The translations under genes were made by a program, and so were the position numbers. Positions 1-12,799 of a stretch of 64,000 nucleotides of DNA are shown piece by piece. A model generated the notes under the pieces. The model was not told where the DNA came from, did no database searches, and saw only the letters and a program-made list of their open reading frames with translations. How positions within the stretch are numbered: the stretch's first letter is position 1; each line of letters opens with the position of its first letter. Origin of the DNA: Octopus vulgaris (taxonomy: Eukaryota); the NCBI GenBank assembly GCA_951406725.2, contig OX597822.1, positions 90,334,001 through 90,398,000 of the forward strand, written 5' to 3'.

Positions 1-15
1 TATATATATATATAA

Positions 16-50
<35 letters not shown>

Positions 51-114
51 CTGTTGAGTTTATGTAATCTGAAGTTTACTCTATAAAAGATATAACCACT
101 GGGCCAATGCGCCT

Positions 115-297
<183 letters not shown>

Positions 298-869
298 GGG
301 GTATTTAAAATATTTGTGAATGACAAAAGGAAGAGATTGGAGAAATTGACATACAGACATCAGTTTATTCCAACATATTCAAATCCATATAATGAAATTT
401 CTGTCCTACAACTGTTTCCATATCCAATTAGTTCAGTTATAGAAATTAAATTAAATTAAATTAATTTAATTTAAATTTTCATTTTAAGACTAGTTAATTG
501 GGTATTTCATCAGGGGAGAGTTTTCCAAAAGGAGTTACATTTCAACATGTTGGTTGTGCTATGACAGACCTAGATGTGTGCGTTTTTGAATGTGTGCATT
601 TTAAAAGAACCATTATTTGCATATATATATTTATATATATATATATATATACATATAAACAAATATACTTGATATATTTGTGCACATGCATATGTAATAC
701 ATGACAGTTTTTATTAGAAGTAGTGTGGTACTTAGGGTGAAATAAATGTTATAGGGAGAAAGAGAGAAAGATGGGTAGAGACAGAGTGAGGGAGAGGGTA
801 GTAACATTCATCAAGTAGTTGTGCATGTGTTTGTTGAAAGAAATACTGAAGTCAACAAAAAATATGACC

Positions 870-1040
870 ATAGGTGCAGCATGGCTGCATGGTAAGAAGC
901 TTTCTTCACAACCACATAGTTCTAGGTTCAGTTCCGCTGCATTGCACCTTGGGCAAATGTCTTCTGCTATAGCCTCAGGTTGACCAAAGCCTTGTAAGTG
1001 GATTTGGTAGACAGAAACTGAAAGAAGTCCATATATATAT
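870..1040 (+). mobile_element. tRNA-derived SINE family A, 5' half (3' half at 3275-3490)
   Basis: A-box-like tggctgcatggtaag, B-box-like ggttcagttcc and CORE-like gcaccttgggcaaatgtcttct. The same sequence recurs at 3972-4575, 12275-12640, 24210-24600, 56400-56670 and 59598. Confidence 0.85.
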
Positions 1041-1055
1041 AAGAAGTAAGAAGTA

Positions 1056-1308
1056 CATCATCATCGTTTAACGTCCATTTTCCATGCTAGCATGGGTTGG
1101 ACGGTTCGACCGGAGATCTGGGAAGCCAGAAGGCTGCACCAGGCTCCAATCTGATCTGGCAGTGTTTCTACAGCTGGATGCCCTTCCTAACGCCAACCAC
1201 TCCGTGAATGTAGTGGGTGCTTTTTACGTGCCACCTGCACAGGTGCCAGGCGAGGCTGGCAATGGTCACGATCGGATCGGTGCATTTTACGTGCCACCGG
1301 CAAAAGCA

Positions 1309-1310
<2 letters not shown>
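1056..1310 (-). mobile_element. RTE-LINE 3' tail copy with (GAT)n terminus
   Basis: Near-duplicate of 1356-1560; starts catcatcatcgtttaacgtcc on the + strand. Confidence 0.85.
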
Positions 1311-1352
<42 letters not shown>

Positions 1353-1355
1353 CAA

Positions 1356-3275
1356 CATCATCATCGTTCAATGTCCACTTTCCATGCATGCATGGGTTGG
1401 ACGATTTGACTGAGGACTGCCGAACCAGATGGCTGCACCAGGCTCCAATCTGATCTGGCAATGTTTCTACAGCTGGATGCCCTTCCTAACGCCAACCACT
1501 CCAAGAGTGTAATGGGTGCCTTTACGTGCCACCGGCACGAGGGCCAGTCAGGCAGTACTGGCAACGGCCATGCACGAATGTTTTTTCACGTGCCAGTAGG
1601 GTAACACGGGTAATGATCATACTCAAATGGTGCTTTTTACATGCCACCAGCACAGATGCCAGTCAGCTGCTCTGGCAACGATCATGCTCAGATGGTGCTC
1701 TTAGCACTCCTCTAGCAAGGATGCCAGTCATCGAATTTGATTTCGATTTCACTTGCCTCAACAGGTCTTCGCAAGCAGAGTTTAGTGTCCAATGAAGTAA
1801 AGGTATGCATAAGTGGGCTAGTCACACCCCTGGTATAGGCCACGGGTTATGGTCTCACTTGTCTTGCAGGGTCTTCTCACGCACAGCATATTTCCAAAGG
1901 TCTCGATCACTAGTCATTGCCTCGGTGAGGCCTAATGTTCGAAGGTTGTGCTTCACTACCTCATCTCAGTTTTTCCTGGGTCTACCTCTTCCACAGGTTC
2001 CCTCAATCGCTAGGGTGTGGCACTTTTTCACACAGTCATCCTCATCCATTCTCGCCACATGACCATACCAGTGCAGTCGCCTCTCTTGCACACCACATCC
2101 GATGCTTCTTAGGTCCAACTTTTCTCTCAAGGTATTTACACTCTATCAAGTGTGCACACTGACATTACACACCCAGCGGAGCATACTGGCTTTATTCCTT
2201 GTGAGCTTACGCATGTCCTCAGCAGTGACGACCCATGTTTCACTGTCATGTAGCATGGCTATTCGTACACATGCGTCATACAGTCTGCCTTTTACTCTGA
2301 GTGAGAGGCTCTTTATCACCAGCAGAGGTAAGAGCTCTCTGAACTTTGCCCAGGCCATTCTTATTCTAGCAATTACACTTTCAGCCCCCCCCCCCCCCGC
2401 GCCACTGACTTGGTCACCTAGGTAACGGAAGCTATCAACTACTCCTAGTTTTTCTCCATGAAATGTGTCAGAAGTTGTTCTCTGCACATTTTCAGTGTTT
2501 ATTGCTCCTTAGTATCTGCCACATACAAAAACTATCTTCCCAGTTAGCCTTCCTTTGATATTGCTGCACCTCTTATGTGTCCATAGCTTACACTGGGTAC
2601 ATCTTAAAGAGTTTCTACCTATGCCTTTTCTACAGATTGAGCAGGACCATCTACCTGAAGGGATTTGTGGTTTGCCTGCCTTCCTACTTAATAGAACTTT
2701 GGTTTTAGCTATGTCGACTCTAAAGCCCTTTGATTCTAATCCTTGCTTCCACACCTGAAACTTCTCCTCTAGTTCTGATAGTGACTCAGCAATTAGAGCA
2801 AGGTCGTCAGTATAGAGGAGCTCCCAGGGGCATCCTGTCTTGAATTCTTGTTATTGCCTGGAGGACTATGATAAATAGGTTGGGACTGAGGACTGAACCT
2901 TGGTGGACCCCTACCTCTATCCGGAATTCTTCACTGTACTCGTTGCCAACCCTCACCTTACTGACAGCATCCTTGTACATGGCTTGTAAAGCTCTCACTA
3001 ACCATTCATCTATTTCTAATTTCCTCATTGACCACCTGATAAGGCATCAGGGGACCCTGTCAAAGACTTTCTCCATGTCAACGAAAGCCAGGTACAGAGG
3101 TTTATCTTTGGCTAGGTATTTCTCCTGCAGCTGTCTTACCAGAAATATAGCTTCTGTGGTGCTTTTCCCTGGCATGAACCCAAACTACATCTCATCTAAA
3201 CTGACTCTCTCCCTAATTAGTTGGGGTATGACCCTCTCTGTGACCATCATTACCTGATCCAACAACTTGATACTT
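1356..3275 (-). mobile_element. 5'-truncated RTE-clade LINE with frameshifted RT, an embedded Cys/His finger and the 3' UTR
   Basis: Minus-strand fragments FVDMEKVFDRVP, GVHQGSVLSP, YTDD (~2805), VDSFRYLGD and ARIRMAWAKFRELLPLL; (GAT)n tail at 1356. Confidence 0.92.
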
Positions 3276-3490
3276 GTGTGTGTGTTGGTGCTTGTCCCCC
3301 CACCATCATTAGACAACAGATGTTGGTGCTTTTATGTCCCCATAACTTAGTGGCTTGGCAAAAGAGACTGATAGAATAAGTACTAGGCTTATGAAGAATA
3401 AGTCGTTCAGTCAAATTGTTCAACTAAAGGCAGTGCTCCAGCATGGCTGCAGTTAAATGACTGAAAAATGTAAATGACTGAAATGACAGT
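3275..3490 (+). mobile_element. SINE family A, 3' half with CR1-like tail
   Basis: ggcaaaagagactgatagaataagtact...aaggcagtgctccagcatggctgcagttaaatgactgaaa, matching 56460-56670. Confidence 0.85.
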
Positions 3491-3971
3491 ATCAAAACTG
3501 CTAGTTAATTACCATGTAATAGTGCTACATCACCAATATTTATGTGTAAATGTACGGTCAATATAAACTTGGTAAATAAAAGCAAAACCTAAACATTACC
3601 AGATACCATTAATAGATAATTTATATTAAAGCTAAGTACACTAAAATTGTAATTACTACTAAAATAATGTTTTACCTCAAATTTAGTTTAATAACTTATC
3701 ATAAGAATTTCAACGATATATTCATGAGAAACTTGCTTAATTGAATTTATTGTAAAATACAAATACATTGCCATGTATAGAAGACCTAACGGCCATCTAC
3801 AGTATTTAATTAATATATTATATCACATATTTTTCATCTACTAACTATTTTTTAATGCTTATAATTAATAAAATGTGAAGTATCAACAGATTCAAATTTA
3901 AACATAATTAATTAATAATATATCCAATGGTAGCTTATTTGAACACTTTGAGCATGCATGAATAATACTCT

Positions 3972-4575
3972 TTTATGCTTTTACTTCTTTCAGTCATTTG
4001 ACTGCAGCCATACTGGAGCACTCACTGCCTTTAGTCAAACTAATTGACCCCAGGACTTATTCTTTGTAACCATATTACTTATTCTATCGGTCTCTTTTGC
4101 TGAACTGCCAGCATCAGTTGTCAAGCAATGGTGAGAGACAAACATAGAGACACAAATACATATATATATATATATACGATGGGCTTCTTTCAGTCTCTGC
4201 CTTCTAAATCTACTCACAAAGCCTGAGGCTATAGGCTATAGTAGAAGACACTTGCCCAAGGTGCCACCAGTGGGACTGAACCCGAACCATGTGGTTGGCA
4301 AGCAAGCTTCTTATTTCTTTATTGCCCAGAAGAAGCTAAACATAGAGGGGACAAACAAGGACAGACAAAGGTATTAAGTCAATTACATCGACCCCAGTGC
4401 ATAACTGGTACTTAGTTTATCAACCCCGAAAGATGAAAGGCAAAGTCGGCCTCGGTGGAATTTGAACTCAGAACATAACAGCAGATGAAATACCGCTAAG
4501 CATTTCACCCGGCGTGCTAACGTTTTTGCCAGCTCGCCACCTTCAAGCTTCTTACCACACAGCCACTCCTGCATG
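3972..4575 (-). mobile_element. SINE family A, interrupted by a family B SINE
   Basis: Reverse complement of the family A head, body and tail; split at caagcttctta. Confidence 0.85.
4314..4543 (-). mobile_element. SINE family B, full length, with 11-bp TSD
   Basis: caagcttctta at 4303-4313 and 4544-4554; the reverse complement matches 32314-32544; B-box gagttcaaattcc. Confidence 0.9.
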
Positions 4576-4587
4576 TATATATTAGAA

Positions 4588-5247
4588 ACTAGCTTAAGGG
4601 CCACCTTGTGGAGGGCTCTTCATTGGGCCTTGGGCCTAACAATGGCCCTTCATGCATTGAGTACATATTAAATTTAAGCAATATTTTTCAAGCAATGAAC
4701 AATTTTCATCAAAACAATGATATAATTTGTCGACTTGGAACTTATTGCAAAGCTACATGATAAACAACATTTTTTTGTCTCCCCATTCAGGGGTCAGTAA
4801 TATATTTTTCTATCTAACCTCTTTCTTTCCCTCTTTCTCTTTCTGTTGATTGTTTACAACTATCACCATCACCAGTTCCACCACTACAACTACCATATAC
4901 ACACCATTCAGACTTCTGACGCCACCACCATCAATATCTTGACTTCACCACCTTCCCCTCCACCACCATTACCATTTTCTTTCACATCGCTTACTATCAC
5001 CACCATCCCTGACTGCCTTGGCTACCACCATCATCACCATCGCCTCTTCCTCTATCTCATACTATTACTGTTACCCCATTACCATCACAACTATTAATCT
5101 TCTACTGCCCTCACTGTCTCTATGACTACTATTACTCTCACCCCAACGTGAAGAATAGTAGAAGTGTCATTGAATAGTGAGGGAGGGGGTGTCAAAGTGT
5201 AACACACCGACACACAGAAATTCATTTTGGTATTTATTATTATAGAT
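4588..5247 (-). mobile_element. Putative non-autonomous Helitron-like element with an internal (CAC/CAT)-rich tract
   Basis: On the - strand it begins A|TCTATAATAATAAA at 5247 and ends ...ccacaaggtggcccttaagCTAG|T at 4588, with a short GC hairpin before CTAG. Confidence 0.5.
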
Positions 5248-5502
5248 ATTGATACATGGATATATTAGAAATATTGATATTTGATATTAATATTTTAATA
5301 TAATATTTAATACTTATATGATAGTCACTAAGAATTCTTAATGCTACGTGGTTATAGATGTTAATGTATTATACCTGAAATACTGATCAATTCAAAGTAT
5401 AAGTAGCTCTAACAAATAATTAATTCATCAATGATGATTATATATCTAATGGTTGTTTCTAAGGGTCCATTTACATGTATGAACACACACACACACACAC
5501 AC

Positions 5503-6700
5503 ATTAGGTTATCCAGAAAGTTCTGAGCATTTTTTTAAATGCAAAGAGGGATATAAATAATTGAGTTTTCAATCAATTTTAATCAATGAAATAATTTCTA
5601 TTATTATTAATGAACTTTGCCCATCTATCAGGCAATTTAAATATTCCATCAGCATAAAATTTGATTAGTTTTGCAGAAAAAGGCTATCTAGATGCATTTT
5701 AACTCCATCTAAATTGTTCAATGTTTTTCCTCACAATGAGTTCTGTAGAAATAAAAACAAGTAGTAGTCAGGTGGCACAATATCAGGAGAATATGGGGGA
5801 TGGGATAAGAGATTCCAACCAAGTTCATGTAACTTTGTTTGGGTAGTCAAAGACACAAGTGGTCAGGCATTGTCTTGTTGGAATGATTTTGGTTCAAACT
5901 AGCCAGTACACATCAGAATTAATGGTCTGGTTTTGTGGGAGAAACTCATAATAAATAATGCCTTTATGATCTCATCAAACATAAAGCATAGCTCTTTTGG
6001 CATGGATAGTAATCTTTGGTTGCTGTTTTGGGGGATCCTTACACAATCTCCAGGATCTTTTTCAAACTATGTTTTCGTACACAATCCATTTTATCTCCAG
6101 ACACAAGTTGTTTCAATTTTTCATCTCCAGACACAAGTTGTTTCAATTTTTCGTCTCCAGACACAAGTTGTTTCAATTTTTCATCTCCAGTCACAAGTTG
6201 TTTCAAAACAAGCATGCTTTCATTCCGTTTCAAAAGCACATCACAAACAGAATACTGGTCCAAGCAATTCTTTTCTGAGAGTTTGTGAGGTACCCATACA
6301 TTATAGCAAGAAATGTATCCTAGCTTCACTAGGTGTTCATGAGCCGTACTTTTAGCAACTTCCAACCCCTCTGCATGTTCTCGAGTCATGATATTTGAGT
6401 TTTCTTTAATTTTTGCATTCAAAACATCTTCATCCAAATTTGGAGATCTTCCACTGCGACTGTCATCTTTCAAGCTAAACTCTCCAGTTTTAAATTTTGC
6501 AAACCACCTTCGAACAGTTGATTCACCTACAGCATCATCACCATAAATTTCACAAATGTTTTTGCAAGTCTTTGCAGCATTTTCTCCTTTTTTAAAAAAT
6601 GAAAAGCATTACAACGCGAATATGAAATTTTTGGTTATCCATTTCAAATGTCAATAGAGGGTAACTAGAATGAAAGATAAATCTATTTTTAGTCTGGAAC
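5503..6700 (-). mobile_element. Decayed mariner (Tc1/mariner) transposon
   Basis: RSGRS/HTH region, WVPHKL and VTGDEK in ORF 6039-6473; HPPYSPDIVPPDYYLF at ~5757-5810; TIR-like ttaggttatccagaaag at 5504. The other TIR was not found. Confidence 0.9.
6091..6206. repeat. 4 x 30-bp tandem repeat inside the mariner transposase
   Basis: tcatctccagacacaagttgtttcaatttt units start at 6091, 6121, 6151 and 6181. Confidence 0.97.
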
Positions 6701-7551
6701 AAAGAAGAGATGCACTACCACTTCAAACAATGCCAAAGTTTTGGCTGTGTTATGTTTCAGGTGTGTTCTTCCCTTTTATGGAACTGTCACATTAAGTTGA
6801 CAACGTACTATCACTTTATCGTGTTGCTACTGCATAAATCTCTCTGAGAGATTTAGAAATATATTATTTCTATTTTCAAAATCAGTGAATGTATTTCACT
6901 TGAAATATATATGTCTTCAAAGGCGGACAGACATCTACAGCTAGTAAGCTATGCCCTTTTCTTTGTCAGCTTTGGATATTTGCTGTTACCAATGTTGTGT
7001 GAGTTCGTTCCTGTATATTGTTGTATGTTACATTTTGTGTTTAATTTTTCTACTGTGATTTGAACTGCTGTTCGTTTTGGAACTGTAATTTTCGCCCTTT
7101 GGGGCAGAAAATTGTGTTGGAATTTTTATTCCTGAAAATATTCTTTTGCTATTGAACTGTTTTGTGTTAACCGTTCCTGGTTATCGCATTTATTTTATTG
7201 TTGGTCATTAGTGACAAAGTTTCGGAAAAAAAATTTGCAATGGATCTTTATATTGAATCCTGTAAGGAGTTTCCTGAGTTGGGAAAGGATGCCGCAAGGA
7301 AGAACTAAGGAAACTCAGCTTCTCAGCCATGGTAGGAGCGAACGTTTCAGAATTAGAGATCCGGACGGAACAGTTGTTTAAGTTTAGGAACTTAATAAAA
7401 AAAAGTGGCGGTGACACAAAACTGTTGCTGCCCCCAGAAACAGTGCCCCCGAAGTGGTGGAGAGGTACATGGCACCAATATGGAATAAAGTATGCTACAT
7501 TAGCCGTGGAATGCAAAGCACAACCATTGAATGGCTGACGTAACAAAAGAA

Positions 7552-7852
7552 CATTATTTACATTTGATGGATATTTGTCCTCATCTTGTTTGTTGTTAAC
7601 TCAATGTTTCAGCTGATATACACTCCAGCCTTCATCAGGTGTCTTGGGGAAATTTTGAACCTGGGTTCTTGTTCCTAAGGTATTATTTTTTTTGATGTTG
7701 TTTTTATTATTGTTAAGCACTACGCCGTATGCCCATGGGCATACGGCGTAGTGGTTAAGAACGTGGGCTACTAACCCCAAGATTTCAAGTTCAATTCCAG
7801 GCAATGACCTTAATAATAATATAATTCCTCATCTCTTAGATATAGAACTGTA
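7552..7852. mobile_element. tRNA-headed SINE-like insertion with an inverted (palindromic) head and a hammerhead-like motif, inside Tx1 ORF1
   Basis: TSD gtaacaaaagaa (7540-7551) / gtagcaaaagaa (7853-7864); perfect palindrome 7718-7753; A box cggcgtagtgg and B box gttcaattcc (7789-7798). Confidence 0.8.
7598..7643 (-). ncRNA. Degenerate minimal type I hammerhead ribozyme motif
   Basis: - strand reads gacac CTGATGA a ggctg-(10 nt)-cagct GAAA ca tt gagtt. Core and stem II are present; stems I and III each carry a mismatch. Confidence 0.6.
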
Positions 7853-10800
7853 GTAGCAAAAGAAGTGTCAACAAAGACACTAAAAAACGACAAAATTATG
7901 CTGCTACCCACATACTTGGGCTGCAGAACAGTGAAAGTTATGGTAGGAGATATACCAGCTGGTTATGAAATGATGTGGGTAGCAGTGGCAGTCATATGAC
8001 GTTGAAGAATTAGCATCCATCCTGCAAATGAAGAGGAGGGATGCTTTGAACTGGTGAGGCCAGACACTCGAGATGGTAATTCAAACGGTGAACCAAACTC
8101 TGGAAAATTTATCCAATAGAGTGTTTGTGGGGGAGGGGCAGACAATGTGAGTGGCTGTGAAGGGACATAGGCCCTAATGCTTCAAGTGTGGAGAGAAGGG
8201 CCATGTCCGCTCCATGTGTACAAAAAAGAAAAATGAGAATGAGGCTCCTCCCCAAAAAGCTGCAAATGAAACATCAGCAGACAGACCAGAGAGTGCAGCA
8301 GAAGGGAAGGAGGAGAGAACAACAGAAGAAAAGAACCAAAGATGGAGGTTACAACAGTGACTGATAAGTGTAAGAAGGCACAAGTCCCTGATTCCCCCAC
8401 CACCACCACCACCAAAAAAACCCCACAAAACACATGGACACACAAAGCCCAACTCCCCAGTCCAAGCCCATGGCAAGGCCATTTGTCAAAGCTTTCCCCA
8501 AACTACAAGTAAAAACTATAGAGTTCCTGGAAAAGAACGAGCCATTAGCAAGAGTCATTAAAACACACCATGACACACGAGTGTTTAGAGTAATGAAAGA
8601 AACATGGACAGATGTTAGCTATGCAAAAATAAATGAGAAACTGTTTACAGATATGAAGGTGAGGTATCTGGAAGACATAAGAGACATAACCACCGAAGTG
8701 GCGGAGTGTAAATATATTATAAGCTTGACTGCCACACCCAGGAAAAGCCCAGCAGTGACATCTGATAAAGGAAAGAACGGGGAGGTAGGCGAATTTGTAC
8801 AGCCCATCCCCAAACTGAAAATGTGAGTAATCTCTTTCCTTTCATTTTACAAAAATGATTAAGTGAGGGTGCATAAATGTGTATGAACTGAGGTCAAAAT
8901 GGAAACAGGCTTGTTTTCTGGATGACCTCAGGACATGTGATATAGATGTAGCTGTCACAACTGAGTCTAAGATGAGTGGATCACAAGCATTCTCTCCTTT
9001 TCTGAATGACTATGAGAAAATTATTTCTCCTAGCCAACGAGGAGTGGGGGGCATGGTAGCCTTATTCAGGAAGAACTTGGACTTGCAGGTAAGTACTGCA
9101 AATAGTCCTTCAGGTTGGTAGCTGTGTACACTCCTAATGAGTGTGGGTAGTTGGGATTTTTTTGAGACCTGGAGGACTTTCTAGTGACATCTAAAACAGT
9201 AGTTCTGTTTGGAGACTTTAACACTATACTCAATGCATGGGTGGATAGTGTTTGCTTGACTGATAGAAAAGGAAACCCTGGCCTCGAGGGTCTACTAGAG
9301 AGCTATAATCTAGTAGACTGTTACAGACTAGATGAGCCATTCGTTCCACAGTGGATGTGGAGTAATAATGATGGCTCTCTCAGATCTCACATAGACAGGG
9401 TATTCGTTAGAGATAGAGATAAGGATACTTTTAGTTGTCCACAATTTGATATAGTACTGTACACGGATCACAAATTTGTGACATGTGAGGTACAATTTGA
9501 TAAATGTCATAGGCAGGGACCTGGGTACTGGAAGATAAACAAGTCTATTTTGACTTGTAAAGCCTTCTGTGCCTGGATTAAAGAGTTAGTACAGAGGGCA
9601 CTATGTGGTGCCATCATTAATAATAGATGGTGGCATGCCCTCAAGAGAGCCATTCGTTTATTAGATTTAGCAATCAGCTAAGTCTAGATATATCTAGAAT
9701 AGAGGGTGACTTAGTTAAGAACTTAGATAAGCCCTTGGAATCTGGCTCTGCATCTAGAGTGCTGGCAGCAAGAACGGTCTTGTACCGTCACCTCAATGCC
9801 AAGTTGCAGAGTTAGAGCTAATCTACATGCAGTGGGATGAGACGGTATTAACATTACTGGATGGGCACATCACGTGGAAAATCAGAGGGGTAAAAAAGCC
9901 TCTATAAAGTCTTTAACAGATGAACAGGGGTGCAAGATCTATGGACAGGATGAGATGCAAAAGGCCTTTCATCGGCATTTTGCACAGTTGTTCAGGCAGG
10001 GTGGTGCACTAGAGTGTGGGGAGTCCCTAAAAGGTTTCTTTGCTGGTGGGCTGTGGATCTCGGCATGGGAGGTGAGGTGCTGTGAAGGGCTGATTACAGC
10101 TACAGAGGTCAAAGAGGTGTTGGCCAAGTGTGCCAGGGAAAAGTCACCAGGGCTGGATGGTCTATCCTAAGAGTTTTATCGTAGTATGCCAGACTTGTTT
10201 GGGGACCTGCTGGCCAGCGTCTACACAAACTGGCAACAGAATTGGAGAATTCCCAGCTCTGTGAGTTGGAGAGTGGTGACGCTGATCCAGAAGGACCCAA
10301 GCAAGGGGGATATTATAAGTAATTACAGGCCCATAACTCTACTCAATGTAGAGTTAAAGATTTTGGCCACGGTGTTAGCTAGAAGGTTGACGCATGTCAT
10401 GGAGAAACTTGTAGGGAAGGCGCAGACATGCGCCATCCCAGGCAGGTTGATCCAGGACAATCTTCACCCTATCCGCTACACCTTAGACTGGCAAAAGTGG
10501 GGCACTGGTCCATTTAGACCAGAGTAAAGCATTTGATAGGGTAGATCATCAGTACCTGGCAGCGGTTCTCGAAGCAGCTGGCCTAGGCCCTAACTTCTGT
10601 TGTTGGATTTCCACCATGTATAGCGGCATCAAATCCACAGTCCAGATAAACGGTTACCTATCGGAGCCGTTTTTGATCAAGCATTCAGTTCATCAAGGGT
10701 GTCCCCTGTCTCTGCGTCTGTATGTGTTGGCTCTTGGGCCATTACTGCAGAATTTGGAGAATTTGGTGGGCACCCCCAATGAAATCAATTGCGGTAAGTT

Positions 10801-11982
10801 GGTCTCTGCTTATGCGGATGACATCACCATCATCATATCCAATGAAGCTCAGCTACCTTGTTTGGAGGAGGCTATCAGAGGATACGAAGCAGTGGCAGGG
10901 GCAAAAGTTAACAAGGATAAGTCCATCAGCTTGTGCCTCGGCACCTGGAGGAGCAAGTTGATATTGTCCAGTTTTGTGGGTCACTGGACAGATGGTCCTG
11001 TTAAGTTGCTTGGAGTTTGATTTGGACCTGACTCCTAGATTGAAAAGAATTAGAGCAAGGTGGCAGACATGGTGGAGTCCCTAGTCCGGACCTGGTCTGG
11101 AAGGTCTCTATTCCTGAAAGGAAGGGTGGAGGTGGTACAGGCGTTTATGGCATCTGTAATCACCTACTACCTGACCATTGTCCCTTGCCCTGACTCATGA
11201 CTGAACAAGTTGGAGTGATTCCTCTTCTGTGTATTGTAGAAGGGAGGAAAGCAACTTGTGGGGTGCTCTGTTTGCTGCCAGGAACCACTAAAGGATGGGT
11301 TAGGGAAACCCTGGTTGATGATGCACAGACATGCGTTGACACTGAGACATCTCTGGTGCTACCTGGAGGGTGATAAGGTGTGGATTTTGAAATTTTAAAA
11401 CTAAGTGACAATTTTGAAATTTGGTATATTGATGTACTTTTCCATGCTTAATCTGAGTTTGTGATTTGTTTATTTATTCCAGAAAAACTTTAGAAAAATG
11501 TTACAAAGGTTTAAAAATAATTTTTCCTAATCATAAAACAGGATTTGGAAGCTAAGCATTTTGTGCATGATAAGCTGTGTATGATAAGCTGTGCATGATA
11601 AGCTGTGTATCATAAAAAAAGTAAACATTAGAAGATGAAGTTTTAAAACTAAATGAAAGTTATGTGTGAGAGTTAAGACTTATACAGAGGGAATGTCAGA
11701 AAGTATGATAAATATGTAGAGAGATTGATGGTGATAGATAGAGAGTTGGAGAGTTGTTGATCTAAAAGTTGAGTTTATTTCTTGTAGCAAATTATATTTT
11801 TATTATTACTTACAGCAAACATTGTCCTTTGGGTGCAGATTTTGAAAATCAAATTTGTTTTTCTCGAGGATGCACTGTTCCTGAGCTTTTTTTGGCTTTA
11901 CCACTTATACTTGCATTTATATAGTAGATAGATACATGTATATATAATATGAATACGCACACACACACATACACCCGCACTA

Positions 11983-12190
11983 TCATCATCATCATCATTT
12001 AATATCCGTTGTCCATGCTGGCATGGGTTGGGCTGTTTGACCAGGACTGGCAAACTGGAAAGCTACAACAGACTCTAGTCTGATTTCGCATGGTTTCTAC
12101 AGCTGGATGCCATTCCTAACACCAACCACTCTGAGAGTGTAATGGGTGCTTTTACATGCCATTGGCATGGGTGCCATTTGCATGACACCA
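11983..12190 (-). mobile_element. RTE 3' tail copy
   Basis: (cat)n plus ccatgctggcatgggttgg and ctacagctggatgcc, as at 1356-1540. Confidence 0.85.
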
Positions 12191-12233
<43 letters not shown>

Positions 12234-12274
12234 ATACATATCTACATCTATAACTATATATATATATATATATA

Positions 12275-12640
12275 TTCTTTTATTTGTTTCAGTCATTTGA
12301 CTGTGGCCTTGCTGGAGCACCACCTTTAGTCGAGCAAATCGACTCTAAGACTTTTTCTTTGTAAGCCTAGTACTTATTCTATCGGCCTCTCTTGCTAAAC
12401 CGCTAAGTGATGGAGATGTAAACACACCACCATCGGTTGTCAAGTGATGTTAGGGGGACAAAGAAAGACACACAAACATATACATACACATACACAGATA
12501 TATATATGTATACAACGGGCTTCTTTCAGTTTCCGTCTACCAAATCCACTCACAAGCCCAATGCTATATTAGGAGACACTTGCACAAGGTGCCAGGCAGT
12601 GAGATTGAGCCCAGAGTCATTTGGTTGTGAAGCAAGCTTC
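12275..12640 (-). mobile_element. SINE family A
   Basis: gtttcagtcatttgactgtggcc...gacacttgcacaaggtgcc. Confidence 0.85.
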
Positions 12641-12738
12641 AGAGATTTATAATAAATTTCTGAAATCTAAAATAATCACTGGATATCTATGACCATGATT
12701 AGTGTGTTGAACTGGATATAAGAGATTTTCATAAATAT

Positions 12739-12789
<51 letters not shown>

Positions 12790-12799
12790 TACACACATA

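Larger units (their letters stand above)
7210..11375 (+). mobile_element. Decayed L1/Tx1-clade LINE (ORF1 gag knuckle; ORF2 APE endonuclease and RT)
   Basis: CFKCGEKGHVRSMC at 8178-8219; APE motifs GDFN, SHIDRVF, TDH and GPGYWKIN; RT motifs KSPGLDG, NYRPITLLN, HQGCPLS and AYADDIT; many stops and frameshifts. Confidence 0.93.

Noticed and set aside
7736-7810. tRNA gene (ACT anticodon-like loop)
   Set aside because: There is no proper acceptor stem and it lies within a TSD-flanked insertion, so it was treated as a SINE head. The same applies to 48864-48925.
11562-11610. 3 x 14-bp tandem repeat, and a 27-bp duplication at ~57367-57421
   Set aside because: These are ordinary slippage duplications within repeat remnants.
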